Assembly (NCBI GenBank): GCA_043228905.1
Contig: JBHGNT010000022.1
Coordinates: 11,656,001-11,720,000 of the forward strand
DNA: 64,000 bases
From: Azolla caroliniana
Lineage: Eukaryota; Plantae; Polypodiophyta
Direction of reading: 5' to 3'
Part shown: positions 10,105-23,400 of the stretch, one piece after another
How positions within the stretch are numbered: position 1 is the stretch's first letter
How the letters are laid out: the number at the start of each line of letters is the position of its first letter
Translations under genes and position numbers: made by a program
The notes under the pieces: generated by a model
The model's input: the letters and a program-made list of their open reading frames with translations, nothing else
Told to the model about the DNA's origin: nothing
Database searches by the model: none

Positions 10105-13100
10105 GCGTTTCTTTGATCTTCGTGGTGAATTGCTGGCGATACTTGTGGATTAGGGTCTTGATTTTGGTATCGTCCATGCCGATGCTCGCATGGTGAACTT
10201 CCAGTGCCTCCCTTGCGGCCTTGGCTTCGGCTTGGCTTTTGCGGGCGAAGAGTGCTAAAGTAGCTTGATTATCCTTTGCTTTTTCAGTGATGAGCGCGAT
10301 GGTCTGTTCATAATGGTTGGTGAGCTGAGCTACAATTTCGTCCCTTTCCTGTCGCCAAGAGTCTTGGTGTTGTTCTTTGACGACGATGTGCTCGGTTTGC
10401 AATTGGTGATATGCATCAGAAATTTTTGCTCGTTGCTCCTCCGAGATCCTCCACTTTTGCATATGTTCGTTGGCCATGTCCTGGAAGGCTCTTTGATGAC
10501 GTCGCAATTCCTGGTTGTCTGCGAAGAGCTCTTGTTCCCGTTGGCTATTCCACTCGGATTCTTTGATGAGACGTTCTTTAGCCTCAGTGATAGAGACCTG
10601 GAGGGTCATGACAGGGATGCACGGTCCCGTTGCACAACGCTCGACCACAACCGAGTCTAAAATCAAACACAGAAAACGGGAAATGAAACGCACGACACAA
10701 AGGAGAGAAGAGTACACAGGATGTTTAACGTGGAAAACCCTGAGAGGGAAAAAAACCACGGGAGTCCACAGACTCCAAACTATCACTATATCACAATGAT
10801 TACAATAGTGAGATCACGGAGGTAACGACCTCGTGCTCACGATCTTCGCCACAGGCAGTGGTTACAACAGAGGCAACGACCTCTTTCTCTCTCTCTCTCT
10901 CTGTACACTGTTACACGCTCTCTATTCTTGCACCAACAAGAATGACCGCAACTACAACTGACAACACATTCACTAAGTTTGCCCTAAGTCATATTTATAC
11001 TAAAATGACTTTTTGGCTATTTACAAATATAGCCACGATGGACTCTCAAAAACATATTTACGAATATGTCTCTTCATCCAGTGAGCACTCCTCACCGAGC
11101 CTGCATCATCCGACGCTTGCCGGGTACTCCTCATCCGGTTCTCACCGGGTTTGCACCATCCGGCTCTCTGTAGCCGGGTACTCCTCATCCGGTTCTCACA
11201 GGGTGTTCCGTAGCTGGGTATTCTTCATCCGGTTTCGGCCTCGGCCGAGTTTGCTCATCAGCACTGTTCTTCTCACTTCCCATCCGGAGGGACCTGTCTC
11301 CTAACAGGTCATCACCTCTCGTTCTCGTGCTTCAAGCGCGGTCGACCTTTCAGCAAGCAGTCGCTTGAGGTTCGCTTTGCGGCTCGCGGCTTGTTCCCGT
11401 TGCTGGCCAAGAATGTTGTTGTGGTTCTATTCTGCCAACTCGGCCAGAGTGATCTGGGCTTGAAGCTCCTCCTGATAGTCCCTAAGGGGAGGCCCTGTCT
11501 AGGTTGCCGCTTGCCGGATTTGGGCTGAGGATGCCCTGTCTGTCTGTGTCGCTCGTTCCATGACGACTGGAGGTGGTGGCGTTTGCGTGGAGGCTTGGCT
11601 GATTTGGGGGTGTGGGCTGATATCTGCCCGTGACGATGGCTCACTTGTCTGTACCGAGTCCGTCATTGTGCTGGCCTCGGCCGTGGCTACCTCGGGGTGG
11701 GCGGTGTCGTCTTTGTGTGCGACGGTACCTACAACACTCGGGCTCGGGTTTGGAAGAGTGGCCGGTGAGACAACGTCACTCGGCGCAGGGAGGATTAAGG
11801 GCGGCTGTTGCTGCGTGAATGTCACTAGTTTCTCCTCGGCGACTTGCCATAGGTTGGTAGCCCGTTTGGCTTGTTGATGCGCCGTTTTGATCCGTCGGGC
11901 CATGTCCTTGGTGCCTGAGTAGTGTGGTGTAGATTGCGATATGCCTCGACTAAGGCCATGTTCAGATCCGGTAGTTCCATGAGGAGCGAAGCATTCTGTA
12001 CTTGCTTCTTCCGTCCTATCTTCTGTAAGGCTCGATCCTCATGAGGTTCGATTTCACCCATTAGAGCGCGTTGAATCATCGTCGTTTCGGCATGCTCCTC
12101 AGCCATACGAGCGACGGCAGCTACTTGGGCGCGTGCGAGGAAATCCATTAACTTGTAAGTTGTGCCCAGTCGAAGTAGTGCACTGAACTCGTATGCCTCC
12201 GCGGGGAGATATTTGTAACCAAGGACTTCCTCCTCTGATATCTGCGTGGCTTGTCCATGCTCGATCGTACCAACTTGGAGCCATGACTCTACTGGTACTA
12301 TGTCCGTGGAGGTGGGGCTGGCCTCTTTTGATTTCTGACGTTGGTCGCCTTCGGTTTTTGTAGTTGCCTCTTGAATGATGCAATGTCTTTTTGACGGCTG
12401 ATCCTGTGAGTTCAGGGCCGGTGGTGTTGGCTCCTTGGCCTGTTTCCTCTTTTGATGCTAAATGGCCGAGGGCTGCTGGCTTGTGGGCCGTGGGCTTGGT
12501 TGTGGAGAGGTCATTGATGTCCCTGGTGGCCGCTGGCGTATGGTGACATCCTCGGGGATGGCCTCCTCAACCTCATCCCATTCGACACGGGTTGCTGTTA
12601 CCGCCCATTGTTTTTGTGTTTTTGGTGGTGGTGGGGCCGAGGCGGAAGCGGGGTTCCGAGTGCCCGAGGGAGGTGGAGAAGACGAGGGGTCTTCTCATTC
12701 TTCCTGGGTTATCTCCAACATCTTCTCTCATTGTTTCCTGGGTGGTGGTGGAGAGGTCAGGATGCGACGAGGGGAAACCGAAGGAGGTGGGTAGAGGACT
12801 GTAAGGAAGTGATTGATCACAGGCAGCAAACACTTACCGGTTTGGAAGGATTTGAGCGTCAGACGGATTCCTTCGCCTGTGATGACTCCCCAGTCGATTT
12901 TGTTTCCCTTGTAGGCACTGATAATGATCGCCGCTTTGCTCTGTGGCATACTTGTAGGATTGGTATGCACAAACGCGTACTCCATCAAGATGCGAGCGAA
13001 TTCTTCGAATGCCTTGTTGGATCCACCGTAGGTGCGATAGGCTTTACCAGATATGGAATACGCACCAAAGTATTCATTCAGGGTTGTGGAAGGGGGAATC

Positions 13101-13295
13101 TCGACTTCATGATCACCTCCTCGCTTCAGGTCCAAGGCAGCACGAATCATATTGTTGGTGACTGTGTCCGGGTGAATTCGGCGTGCAACCGCTTGGGCAT
13201 CAGGGTGTGCAGGGGCATCAATCACCTTTAAATAACCACCCGATCCTCGTTCCTGAAGCCAGGAGCGGGTTTCCTATGAAGCTGCAAGAGGCATA
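10105..13295 (-). pseudogene. B1 extra (post-integrase) ORF, N-terminal and central parts, split by a solo LTR
   Basis: ORFs 12728-13225, 11825-12148, 11499-11903 and part of 10097-10786 are collinear with 25517-28236 (APAHPDA/APPHPDA, GNKIDWG/GRAVDWG, MDFLARAQV/MEFLATQQV). Confidence 0.75.
10609..11306 (-). mobile_element. solo LTR of copia family C (698 bp)
   Basis: Minus strand TGTTAGG...GGTCCCTCCGGATGGGA...CCTGTCA. TSD GGTCA at 10604-10608 and 11307-11311. Shares ATATGACTTAGGGCAAAC and GGACTCCCGTGGTTTTT motifs with the C1 LTRs. Confidence 0.9.
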
Positions 13296-13850
13296 ATGGA
13301 CGCGGGGTTCTGCTGTGTGGAAGATTCAGGAAGGAGGATTCGACCAAGCCGAGATAGAATGATGGAAGGAGATGGTTGTGGTGTGGCAGAGGGGCTATGA
13401 GGACAAGAGAGGGCTTGTGAGCAAGAGTGGTGGGAGCGATGGACGCGCTGAGAGCGAGAGGAGGCTTGAGAGCGTGGGAGCGGTGAAAGCTAGGTGTGCA
13501 AGAAAACGTCTGTGTGTGGGGTGGGCTTGGAGTAACTGTTTTTTAGTGAACGCCTAGGGTTTTGTGCATGAAGAGGAGCCTAGAGATTCTTGGGCGTGGA
13601 TGCCATAATAGGATATTATGGCCACGTCTCCTAGGGAGTTAGTGCTTTGCCTTGGTTGCTGTGCATGTGCCTTTAAATACTTACGTGAATGTGAAAGTGA
13701 CTAATGTGTGCCTCTAAACATGACGTGATTTGGGTGATGTGGTAGGTGGTGTAGGTGGAACTAACTAATTGCTAAAACTATGCCTAATCCTACCTAATGT
13801 CTACTTTGGAATGTTGGTGGGTTCTTACTGAGGGGGACACGTGGCCTCCT

Positions 13851-16131
13851 TCATGGCATTTCTGTGCCGTGAGACTCGGTGAAAGGGTTGGCTGGGGTAT
13901 TTCCTTGGTACGATCGCAGTCGGAATCCATTCACCCAGCTTTTGGCAATTTCCCCGGTGAGGGTGCCGAGCTGGAACGTGCCGTTAAACTTGTCAATAAT
14001 CCAGAAGGGGCCGGTCCATTGAAATCGTAACTTTCCTGGCATAGCACCGAGTCGCGTCTGGAAAACGAGGACCGGTTTGCCTATGATCAGTTCTTGTTCC
14101 AATCCTTTCCGATGTCGGTCCACAAAGGCTTTCCGTTGTCATTGGCGTTGTTCAAGTTGGGCCATGCTCGCTACTCGGTCCTCGCCAAGTTCAAGGAGTT
14201 GTTCCAGCATCAATTGTTCAGATTGGGCCTCGAGGAGCTGTGCTTTAACTTGAACTCGGAGATTCGGAACTTGGAACTTGATGGGCATAACGGCTTCGAG
14301 ACCAAAAGCCATCCGAAAGGGGGTGGATTGAATGCTCGTTTTGAATGTAGTGCGATAAGCCCATAGTGCACTCTGGAGCTTGTCATCCCAATCGGTGCGG
14401 TTCTCGTTGATGATCTTCTTCAGGATTGTTTGGAGAATTTTGTTAGTCGATTCGGCCAATCCGTTTGCCTGTGGGTAGTATGGTGTACTTTTCTTATGTA
14501 CCACTGCGTAGTGTGTCGTCAGCTCGCGTATTATATGGTTTATAAAGTGCCCACCTTGGTCACTAACGAGCTCAATTAGGCATCCATAACGGCACCAGAG
14601 ATGTTCATACACGAATTTGGTTGTGGATGTTGCCGTGTTGTCTCGTAAAGCCTTTGCCTCGACCCATTTTGTACAGTAGTCCGTGGCCACGATGATATAC
14701 TTATTACCGGTTTGGGCCGCGGTTGGTTTTAAGGGTCCCACAAAATCTAACCCCCATTTTTTAAATGGTTCCAGTGGAAGAATGGGCTGGTGCGGCATTC
14801 GAGCTTGTTCCATCGGCTGGCCCAACCGTTGGCACAAGTCGCACTGTCGGCAGAACATGTGGGCATCCTTTTTCGTTGTAGGCCACCATAACCCACTCTG
14901 CCATACTTTCCGTGTCGTGGACTCTCCGGCGTAGTGTCCGTCGGTGATTCCTAGGTGGGCTTCTTGGAGGATGGCCTTCTTCTCGAATTGTCGAATGGCC
15001 CGACGCCATATTCCGTCCGAGCCTTTGTGGTAGAGGTTGTTGGAAACAAGGCAAAAGTTGCAGCTACGTACTGCGAGTCGTTTCCGTACATCGAGGGCCA
15101 TGTGGTCGGGAGGCAAGCCAGTACTAAGGAAATGGGTCATCTCCATGATCCATTCATTTTCTTTGTCGTCTGGCAGCGTTGTGAGATGAAATAAGCCGGC
15201 ATCGGGTAAATCGTCATACCTGGGCTCGGCAGGGTCTCCTGACTCGAGGCGGCTTAGGTAGTCAGCGACGGCATGTTGGACTCCGGGTCGATGCTGTATA
15301 TGAAAATCAAACTCTTGCAATAAGAGCATCCATTGAGCCAATCGACCTGTCAGGGCTTGTTTATTAACCAGGTAAAGGAGGGCCGAGTGATCGACGTGAA
15401 ATGTGAATTTTCGGCCTAAGAGGTAATGCCAAAATTGACTGATGCTGTAGATCATCCCGAGGGCCTCTCGTTCTTTGGTTGAATAGTTCTTTTCCACGGC
15501 CGATAGACGTCGGCTAGCATAATAAACCGGCCGATACCAATTTGGGGATGTGCATTGCATAAGTGCGCTCCCGATGGCGATATTTGATGTGTCCACGAAG
15601 ATGTGAAAAGGTTCCGACCATATCGGGGGTTGTACAACTAGGGCATGCAAGAGCATTAATTTCAATCCTTGGTAAGCCTTGTCCTCGATTGAAGTCCATT
15701 GAAAGGGGAGTCGATGCACTGCCGCATGTAGTGTTGTCGCGAAATCGGCCAGGTGGCGTATCATCTGGCTGTGCCATCGGATTTGTCCCAAAAATCGGCT
15801 GAGGCCTGTACTTTAGGGTGCGGGGGCGTTTAGGATGGCTTGTACTTTATCCGGGTCCATGGCGATACCTTCTTGACTGACGATATGCACGAGTAGGTTG
15901 CCGCTTGTGACCAAGAACGCGCATTTTGCCGGGTTTAAACTTAACCGAGCCTGGCGACATTGATCAAGACAGAGACATAACTGGGTCATGTGTTCTAGTC
16001 ACTGACCATATACGGAGAAGTCATCAAGAAAGACTTGCATGAACGCCGGGATATACTTGTTAAAAATTTCGGTGATGATGCGTTGGAACGTGGCTGGCGC
16101 CGTTTTTAAACCGAACATCATTACTTCTGCC
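13851..16131 (-). pseudogene. B1 pol: RT C-terminus, RNase H and integrase with GPF motif
   Basis: FLDDF, ERE(A)LGM, HHCC zinc motif, [17 protein letters not shown] and WTGPF motifs. In-frame stops. Confidence 0.9.
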
Positions 16132-16429
16132 TAGAATGGCTTCACCCCCCTCCCAAGGGGGTTACGTTAGAGAGAGAGCAAGAGAGAAAGCCAACTAGGA
16201 AATGACACAAAATGAGAGGGGAAAAATGTATATCCATTACTTGCCCCATAAGGGGTTTATATAATACATAATGTAATGGTAAATAGTGACCGTTACAAAA
16301 GAGACGACCGTTATACTCTTGTCACATGCACATAATTGTGCATGTGCTCACACATACTCATTTACTTTACACATACACATCAACCACATCATTACACATA
16401 TGCCTCCCCATATATTCTTACGGGTAACA
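16132..16429 (-). repeat. truncated 3' LTR of another family-B-like element (B3)
   Basis: Minus-strand start TGTTACCCG at 16429 and TATATAAA on minus near 16257-16264. Preceded on the element strand by GTCCCACAGGCGTGCCA (16448-16432). Left end is broken against B1 RT. Confidence 0.6.
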
Positions 16430-16859
16430 CATGGCACGCCTGTGGGACAGTGCATTGCAAGGTGAACCCACTCGCCATGGCAACTCTTCTCGACTGGAAC
16501 TCCATCGGTCATCTCAATGGTCGGAAATCCCTCGATCGGACCACTCCTCTATGATCGATAACTTCGATCAGAGCTTTGCTTGACTCGAACCTTCTCGTTC
16601 GGTCAGCACAAGTTGCGATTAGATCATACACCAATCGGCTAGTTCAATGTGGCATGGGTCGTGAAATCGTGTTGTGCATTTGTGTATTCTTTCTTTCATC
16701 ATGTGAAGTGAGTTTTATATTTTGTACCCTTGGTCTCTAAAGTTTTTACCCGCAAAATTTTCTGAAATTTTATTTTCGGCCCTTGTGTTTTTGAAATTTT
16801 CTCTTCTGCACTCGAGCTTCTGAAATTCGATGCTATGCCCTTGAATTATTGAAATTTTA

Positions 16860-17720
16860 TGAAATGCCCTTCTATTTTTTCAAATTTTCTTCTCTGCCCC
16901 TCTTTTTTTTTTTTTCGTCTTTTTTTGTATCTTCTTCTTTCTTCTAATTTCTTCTTCGTCTGTTTTTCTCGTCTCCCTCCTTTCTTCTTTTTCTTTTCTT
17001 GCGTATGGCTTCTCTTTCTTGCATATGTCTTCTCTTTCTTCTCTGCGTCGGTCTTCTCTTGGCGACCTTCTCTGCATCTGTCATTCTGTCCGGCCGTCGT
17101 TTCCACTCGCCATCCGGCCACCGTCTAGCCGTCTGTCAGCGGTCTAGCTAGCTGTCCGTCGGCCGCCCTGTTCGGTGACCGGCTTTGTCTGTAACCGTCT
17201 CCATTGGCCGGTTGGCTCCATCCGCTATCCACGGGTGTCTCTGTTCGGCCTGCCCGTTGGCCGTGTCTTTCCGACCCTCTGTCGGACGTCGGTCATCTCT
17301 CAGCCGGTTCGGCCGCCCGTGCCTATGCACCGACCGGCTCTATTTGGGGCCGTCTTTCGGCCTCAATTTCTCGACCGTTCGGCTAGCCGACTGCCGGACC
17401 GTCTGTCCGGTCGTCACTGTTCTTCCGCTATCCTCCGAATGTCTGTGGCTTGGCCGTCTCTTTCTCTCCTTCGGCCGGCTCTCTGTATGTCCGCTGCCGT
17501 CGGTTGTCGCTGTATCACGGTAGGCTCTTGGCTGGCGCTGATCTCTCAGCCGATTCTCGGCCCAACCTTCTCTCAGCCATCACTTGGCCGTACACTCGGT
17601 CACGCGTCTCAGCCGTACACTCAGCCATGTATCTCGGCCGCATTCTTGGCCGCGCGTCTCGGCTTTACTCTCGACCGTGCATCTCGACCATATTCTCACG
17701 TCTCGACAGTGCTCTAGGCC
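16860..17720. repeat. pyrimidine-rich tract followed by degenerate short tandem repeats (CTCGGCCG/TCTCAGCCG-like); probable 3' non-coding region of B3
   Basis: T/C-rich 16860-17060, then recurring TCTCGGCCG variants that continue after 20201. Confidence 0.6.
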
Positions 17721-17724
17721 ACGT

Positions 17725-18563
17725 TGTCGTGAATATTTTCGTCCACAAGCGGAAACCCGAGCAACGAGAGCCAAAGAGCGATGTGCAACGTTGCACACGT
17801 ACATAATGTATTTGTAATAGTAATAAAGGTATAAAGGTGATGTGGTTGTACGCACATCCACGCGAGAGAGAGAGAGAGAGGTACTATGCGGTACATAGGT
17901 ACCTAGTTGTTTGTGAGGAGGTGGGAGTTAAGGGGCCATCAATCTCACCCTCCCCCAAATCAAGGCAAATATCCCCTTTGAATGAAAAGGGATATTTTAG
18001 TCTCACTTTTGTAAGCGGTCTTCCCTCCTTGTGCTATAAAAGGAGAGAGAAGGCACCATTGTTGGGGTTGCCTATTTTGTGTGAGTAAGGTATACCACTT
18101 AGTTGAGGGTTCTACTTCTTCCCATTTCGTTTTAGGGTTAGGGTTTCGGTTACGGTTTTCTTCTTGGGTTTTCCTTTAGGATTTTTCATATAGTCGTTTG
18201 GTGCGGCCATGGCGGCCACCATTTGTTGTAATCATTCATTTCTTAATAGAACTTCTTGTTGAGTATCTTGATTGCATCTTCTTCTTCTATCATAATGTCA
18301 TATTCGTTCTCTTCTCCTCTTGAGCTAATCTTTCTCCTCCACTCCCTAGTCCAAGACCCTCGTGGTTCCGCCCTTCTACACACACGCGCGTAACAACGCG
18401 ACATCTTTGGTGAACCCGACGTGAAGGGCGGCAAGGGAGCATGGAGATGGAAGAAGACATCGACTTCGAGGAGATGATGGCAAAAATCGTGATGGAAGCC
18501 GGACGGAAGATGGCGAAGCGAGATGCGGCTCAACAAGCCGTCGAAAGGGTGGTCGATCGAGTC
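17725..18563 (+). mobile_element. family A 5' fragment: LTR 17725-18403, tRNA-Trp PBS 18408-18424, gag start
   Basis: TGTCGTGAA...CGCGACA termini, TGGTGAACCCGACGTGA, and MEMEEDIDFEEMMAKIV...AVERVVDRV. Preceded by ACGT. Confidence 0.82.
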
Positions 18564-20197
18564 GCCACAGGTACACTACCCGGCTTCTCAAAGCCTCCAT
18601 AAAGTCCCCGCAGTCTTTCCGGATGTGGCCGACCTCGTCGCACCACATGCACCTACTTCCTGCCGGAGCCCGTCGGTCACGAGCCTAATCGCTGCCTTCC
18701 CTCCGAGCTTGGACGATCTGGAGATCCTTTACCGCTCATGTCAAGTCCTCCAGAGCTGTCCCCCTGGACGAGCCTCTAATCACGCCGGTCAAAGACGAAC
18801 TGGTTTCGAGCCACTCCTGGGTCTCTTCCCTTCGCGCCTGCGGTACCGGTTCGAGCTTCCTTGTTGCGACAGGTCCCGCCTCGGTCGCCTTTGTATCAGC
18901 CCACTCCCACCGTTTGTCAAAACGGCCGCAGACTCTCTTTACCGCGGCCCAGTCAGTCGTCAGCCCGTCTTCGGTTTCCAGTAAGGAGCCAACTTGCCCT
19001 CGATCCCGTGCGTCAACGGATTTGACAAACAGTAGGACACGACTTGTGTCCAGAACGGTCTGATCGAGTGCCGAAAGGCGTGCAAAGTGTTCCTCAAACT
19101 CCCAGAGGAGTACCGACGCACTTCTTCCTTTGTTGGGGTACTCCACCCACTCCATGAAGCTCTGCTTCGAAAGTCGAAGCGCGTCATCCAGCCCGTATTT
19201 CTCCAGGAGCCGTCCTTCGAACTCCTCCCAGGTCCGGCTCTCCGCTCGGACCTCGAGCACCTCTGCATGGATGCCCGGCATCGCCACTCGAGGGAATCCG
19301 GCGAGACGCCTCTCTTCTGGAATATCCCTCATCAACATCTCCGCCCGGTAGGACGCCAAATATCTCGTGGCATCCTTTCCATTGAACCGGCCGATCGTAC
19401 CGATGATCGCCTCAATAGCCCTGTCAAGGGCGCCGGTGCCCTCGCGAGCGCTCACTATCCGGTCCACGGCCGAAGCCATGGCCTCTGCAAGATCCGAACC
19501 CCTCATCTTCTACTCCTCTGCCGCCTGTTTCACGTCGGGTTCACCAAACATGTCGCGTTACTACGCGCGTGCGTGGAGAAACGAGGCGGGACCACCGGGG
19601 TCTTGGACCGAAGAGCAGGTGATAGAAGGGGAATGAGAGAGAGAGAGACGCCCTGTCACGTATGAGTAAGAAACACAGGGGCACGGCCCCTCAACACAGA
19701 AGACGCGAATGGACACAGAGACAGGGAGACACAAGTGTTTGTATATTAATGAATATCAAATACACAACAGAGCACGCGAGTGGCTACAACCGAGCAGGCC
19801 GGCGAACAGATGCCGATGCCTGCTCGTCTGCGCACGAAAGGAGAAAAGGGTGGAGGAGCTGCCGGAAGCACACGGGCGTTCCTCGAAGCAGCGCGAGCTT
19901 CCCGAAACCCTGCAGAGAAGAGTGATGGAGAACGAACAGAGGAGAAGCGTTCGGTTCCGGTCCGGCAGCACTTCGTCCTCCTTAATGCGCGATCCTTTCT
20001 CCCTGCGTCTCCCTCTCCTTTATAGCTTCGAGAAGGGAGCCGTCTCCCTCATTTACTTCCCACCCACCGAATCTAACTGCCCGGATATGCCTTTGTACTT
20101 AATTCCCTATTATATACATTAAGGGCGCGCACACGTGAAGAGCCGGTTCACGCGCGCTATGCACCGATTGCGCCAAGGGACGGTTTTCTTCACGACA
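18564..20197 (-). mobile_element. family A 5' fragment: LTR 19551-20197, PBS 19530-19546, gag 19506-18564
   Basis: Gag ORF 18736-19506 is very similar to A3 gag, with zinc knuckle CMWCDEVGHIRKDC. Followed by ACGT at 20198-20201. Confidence 0.88.
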
Positions 20198-20444
20198 ACG
20201 TGTCTCGGTCTTACACTCCCATTGTTTTGTTCACTCTTTTTAGCATCTATGTCTGCAACAGACACGCATTGATGATGCTCTCCCTGTTCGGCAATGCCCA
20301 TTAAATCTGTCTCCGAAGCTCTACCAACAATCTTGGTCACAACCCACTCATAGGCACTTCCAAGCTGAATTAAACCTGAAACCATAGGATTGAACATGGT
20401 TACTGACATAGTGTTTTTGAAGAGAAGGTAAGGAACAATTTAGG

Positions 20445-23400
20445 GAAGATGAGGCTCGGGAAACATTTCTAGCAGCTTTACGCCGGCCCATCCGGGGAAC
20501 GCTCAACAACAATAGCGTGAAAGGGGAAACAACGGATATGGTAATTGAACGAGCATTACAAATCGAGTTGGATGATGAGGAGGAAAGGTTTTCTATGTCC
20601 TCCTTATGACAAGTGTTACCTCAGGACGAGGAGCGCCAGTTTCGTCAAGCAATCTAGTGCACGATTTGCTTGAATTCGGGGCATTCCGTTGTGGACTACA
20701 ATATGCGAATCCGCTGCCCAATCTGCCACTCGAAGGCTCACACAGTCGACCAATGCGAGTACAATATGTTAAACAGAGCCACTCCCGCAGTCCGCAGCAT
20801 GGACACACAACGTCAACCACACCAGACTGAACAAAGGAGGCAAGAAGACCGACCCCGGTATAAGGATCGCAACCAACGGGAGGACCGGTACCACCGGAAT
20901 CGCCGAAATCACAACGATTCTGAGGAGGACGACCCAGAGGACGAGGATTATCGTGGACATCCGAGTTACGCCGAAGGGGGTCAGCGCTACGAGAATCAAC
21001 GACTGACAAACAAACGGGGCGGCTTCAATGGTTATCGTGGTAAGCCACGGCAATATCGGGATCACTGGCATTACAACGAAAGCTCGGGGGATGAGAGGCA
21101 CGAGGAACAACGACAGGACCAACAACAGCCACTGCGTACGTTCCGACAAACGAGGCCGGACCGCGAGGAGCAAGTAGCACCAGGGGAGTGGCACACACCA
21201 CTAGGAGCCGAGAAGGGTGAATCAAGCATCCATTGTTTTATTTGTCAGCAATGCCCAACACGCAAGGGAAAGGGGCCCGCTGTCAATGCGATTATGGCGA
21301 AGGTGCAGCAAGTCACGACATGCCAGAAACCAAAAACGGCTGATTGGGCTGCGCAAGACGAGGTATGCCGACAAGCCCAAGCATGGGTGGAAAAAGCAAA
21401 TGCGACAAATACGGAACGTATGCGGAAGGAGTCCGCGAACACAATGGAGCGAGTAGAGGACGAAAGACTGGTCCCAGACCCCATTTGGCAGGCGTTAGCG
21501 GGCTATGAGATAACGTTAACCATGGAGAAATTGCTGTAGCTAGTCCCATGCTTCCACCAGACCATGGAAGAACGGGTGACAGGCATACCCGGGATGAGTA
21601 TCGCTACAAACCTTACAAACGTCAGCAGTGGACTGCCGGTAGTGGATCAACACAACCCGGCTATTACATTAATATTACACAGATAAGAAATTCCTGGATG
21701 TGTAATCGACGGCAGCTCAAGTGACAATGTAATTAGCACGAAAACTTGCGAGCAGTTAGGCATTTCAGAATGGGAGGCTTGCTCATTCTGGTTCCGAATG
21801 GCAGATACCCGCTCAGTACGACCATTAGGGTTAATTCGCAAAATCGGCATTATCGTGGGCGGACACCGATTCGACATCTCGGCGGTCGTCCTCGCCTTGG
21901 ACGCCCCAGGGGCGTACCCAGTGCTTCTGGGCAGACCATGGCTTCGGGCAACAAATATCAAGTAGAGCTGGCAACACAAGTGTATTAGTTTCCGACACGG
22001 ACGCACCAAGGTTCGCGTACCTATGGAAGGAAGCACGCCACAACAGAAGGGTATAACACCATTATACGTAGAAGATATAAATATGTTGGCTAGGGTGGAG
22101 GATGCAGAATTAAAGGCATACCTCGACGAGCACCCTCGGATTATTCCGCTGTTTGAAATAGACGTAATCGCAACCGTGGCAGAATATGCCACGACCACTG
22201 TTCTCCATGACGAGCCTTACGAACCAAACCCAGAGTCCATATTGGAACTCAGCAGAGCACGAGCGGCATTCGAAAGGGAAATGGAGATTTCTCGACGAGT
22301 CACTGCTTCCGCCCTCGAAGAAGTAAATATGGGTACGGAATCGAAGCCTCGTTTCCTCTCCATCGCAAAGGAATTACGGCTGAACCAACAAAAAACGATG
22401 ATCACACTACTCACGGAATATAAGGATGTGTTCGCTTGGGCTCACGAGGACATGAAGGGGTTAGATCCCAAGTTCTATCAGCATAAGATCAATTTAGCAA
22501 CCGACGCGAAACCCGTCCAGTAGCGCCGCTACTGCATGAACCCGAACTACGCAACCCGCGTGAAAGAAGAAATTGACAAGCTCCTAAAGGCGGGGTTCAT
22601 ACGACCAGTTAAACAAGCGACATGGTTAAGCCCGATAGTGGTCGTTCCAAAGAAAAACGACAAAATACGGGTATGCGTAGATTACCGAAAATTAAACGCC
22701 GTCATCATTACAGACGCATTTCCCTTACCCTTCACCGATAGCGTACTGGACGCCGTCGCAGGCCATGAGATGTACAATTTTTTAGATGGCTTCAGTGGCT
22801 ATAACCAGGTACGCATGCATCCCAAGGACCAAGAAAGACGACGTTTGTCACGGACTGGGGAGTATATGTGGCAGTCGTCATGATGTTCGGGCTAAAGACG
22901 GCGTCGACAACATTTCAACGGACAATTACAGAGATCTTTGGGGAATACATTCCGGTGTTCATGCAAGTCTTTTTAGAAGACTTTGCGGTATATGGGAAAA
23001 CAATAGACCATTTTTCGCACTTACAACTGTGCCTGGAACGTTGCCGCACTGCACGCTTAAGCCTGAATCCCGCAAAATGTGCTTTTGGCGTAACCAGCGG
23101 GACTCTCTTGGGCCATATAGTCAGCAAGGAGGGAATAGCGGTTGACCCGAACAAAATCTCCGCGATTACGCAAGCCAACACTCTGACAAACGCCAAATCA
23201 CTCAGCCGGTTTTTGGGACAAATACGGTGGCATAGTCGGATGATACGGTATTTGGCGGACTTCGCCACGCCGTTACACGCTGCCGTACATTGGACTCCTT
23301 TCCAATGGACTGCAACGGAGGATAAGGCCTACGAGGCACTTAAGATAATGCTCACACAGGCTCTCGTCGTACAACCACCAGTTTGGGCGAAGCCATTCCA

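Noticed and set aside
16846-17128. Lys/Arg-rich and Phe-rich ORFs as genes
   Set aside because: They are translations of a low-complexity pyrimidine tract.
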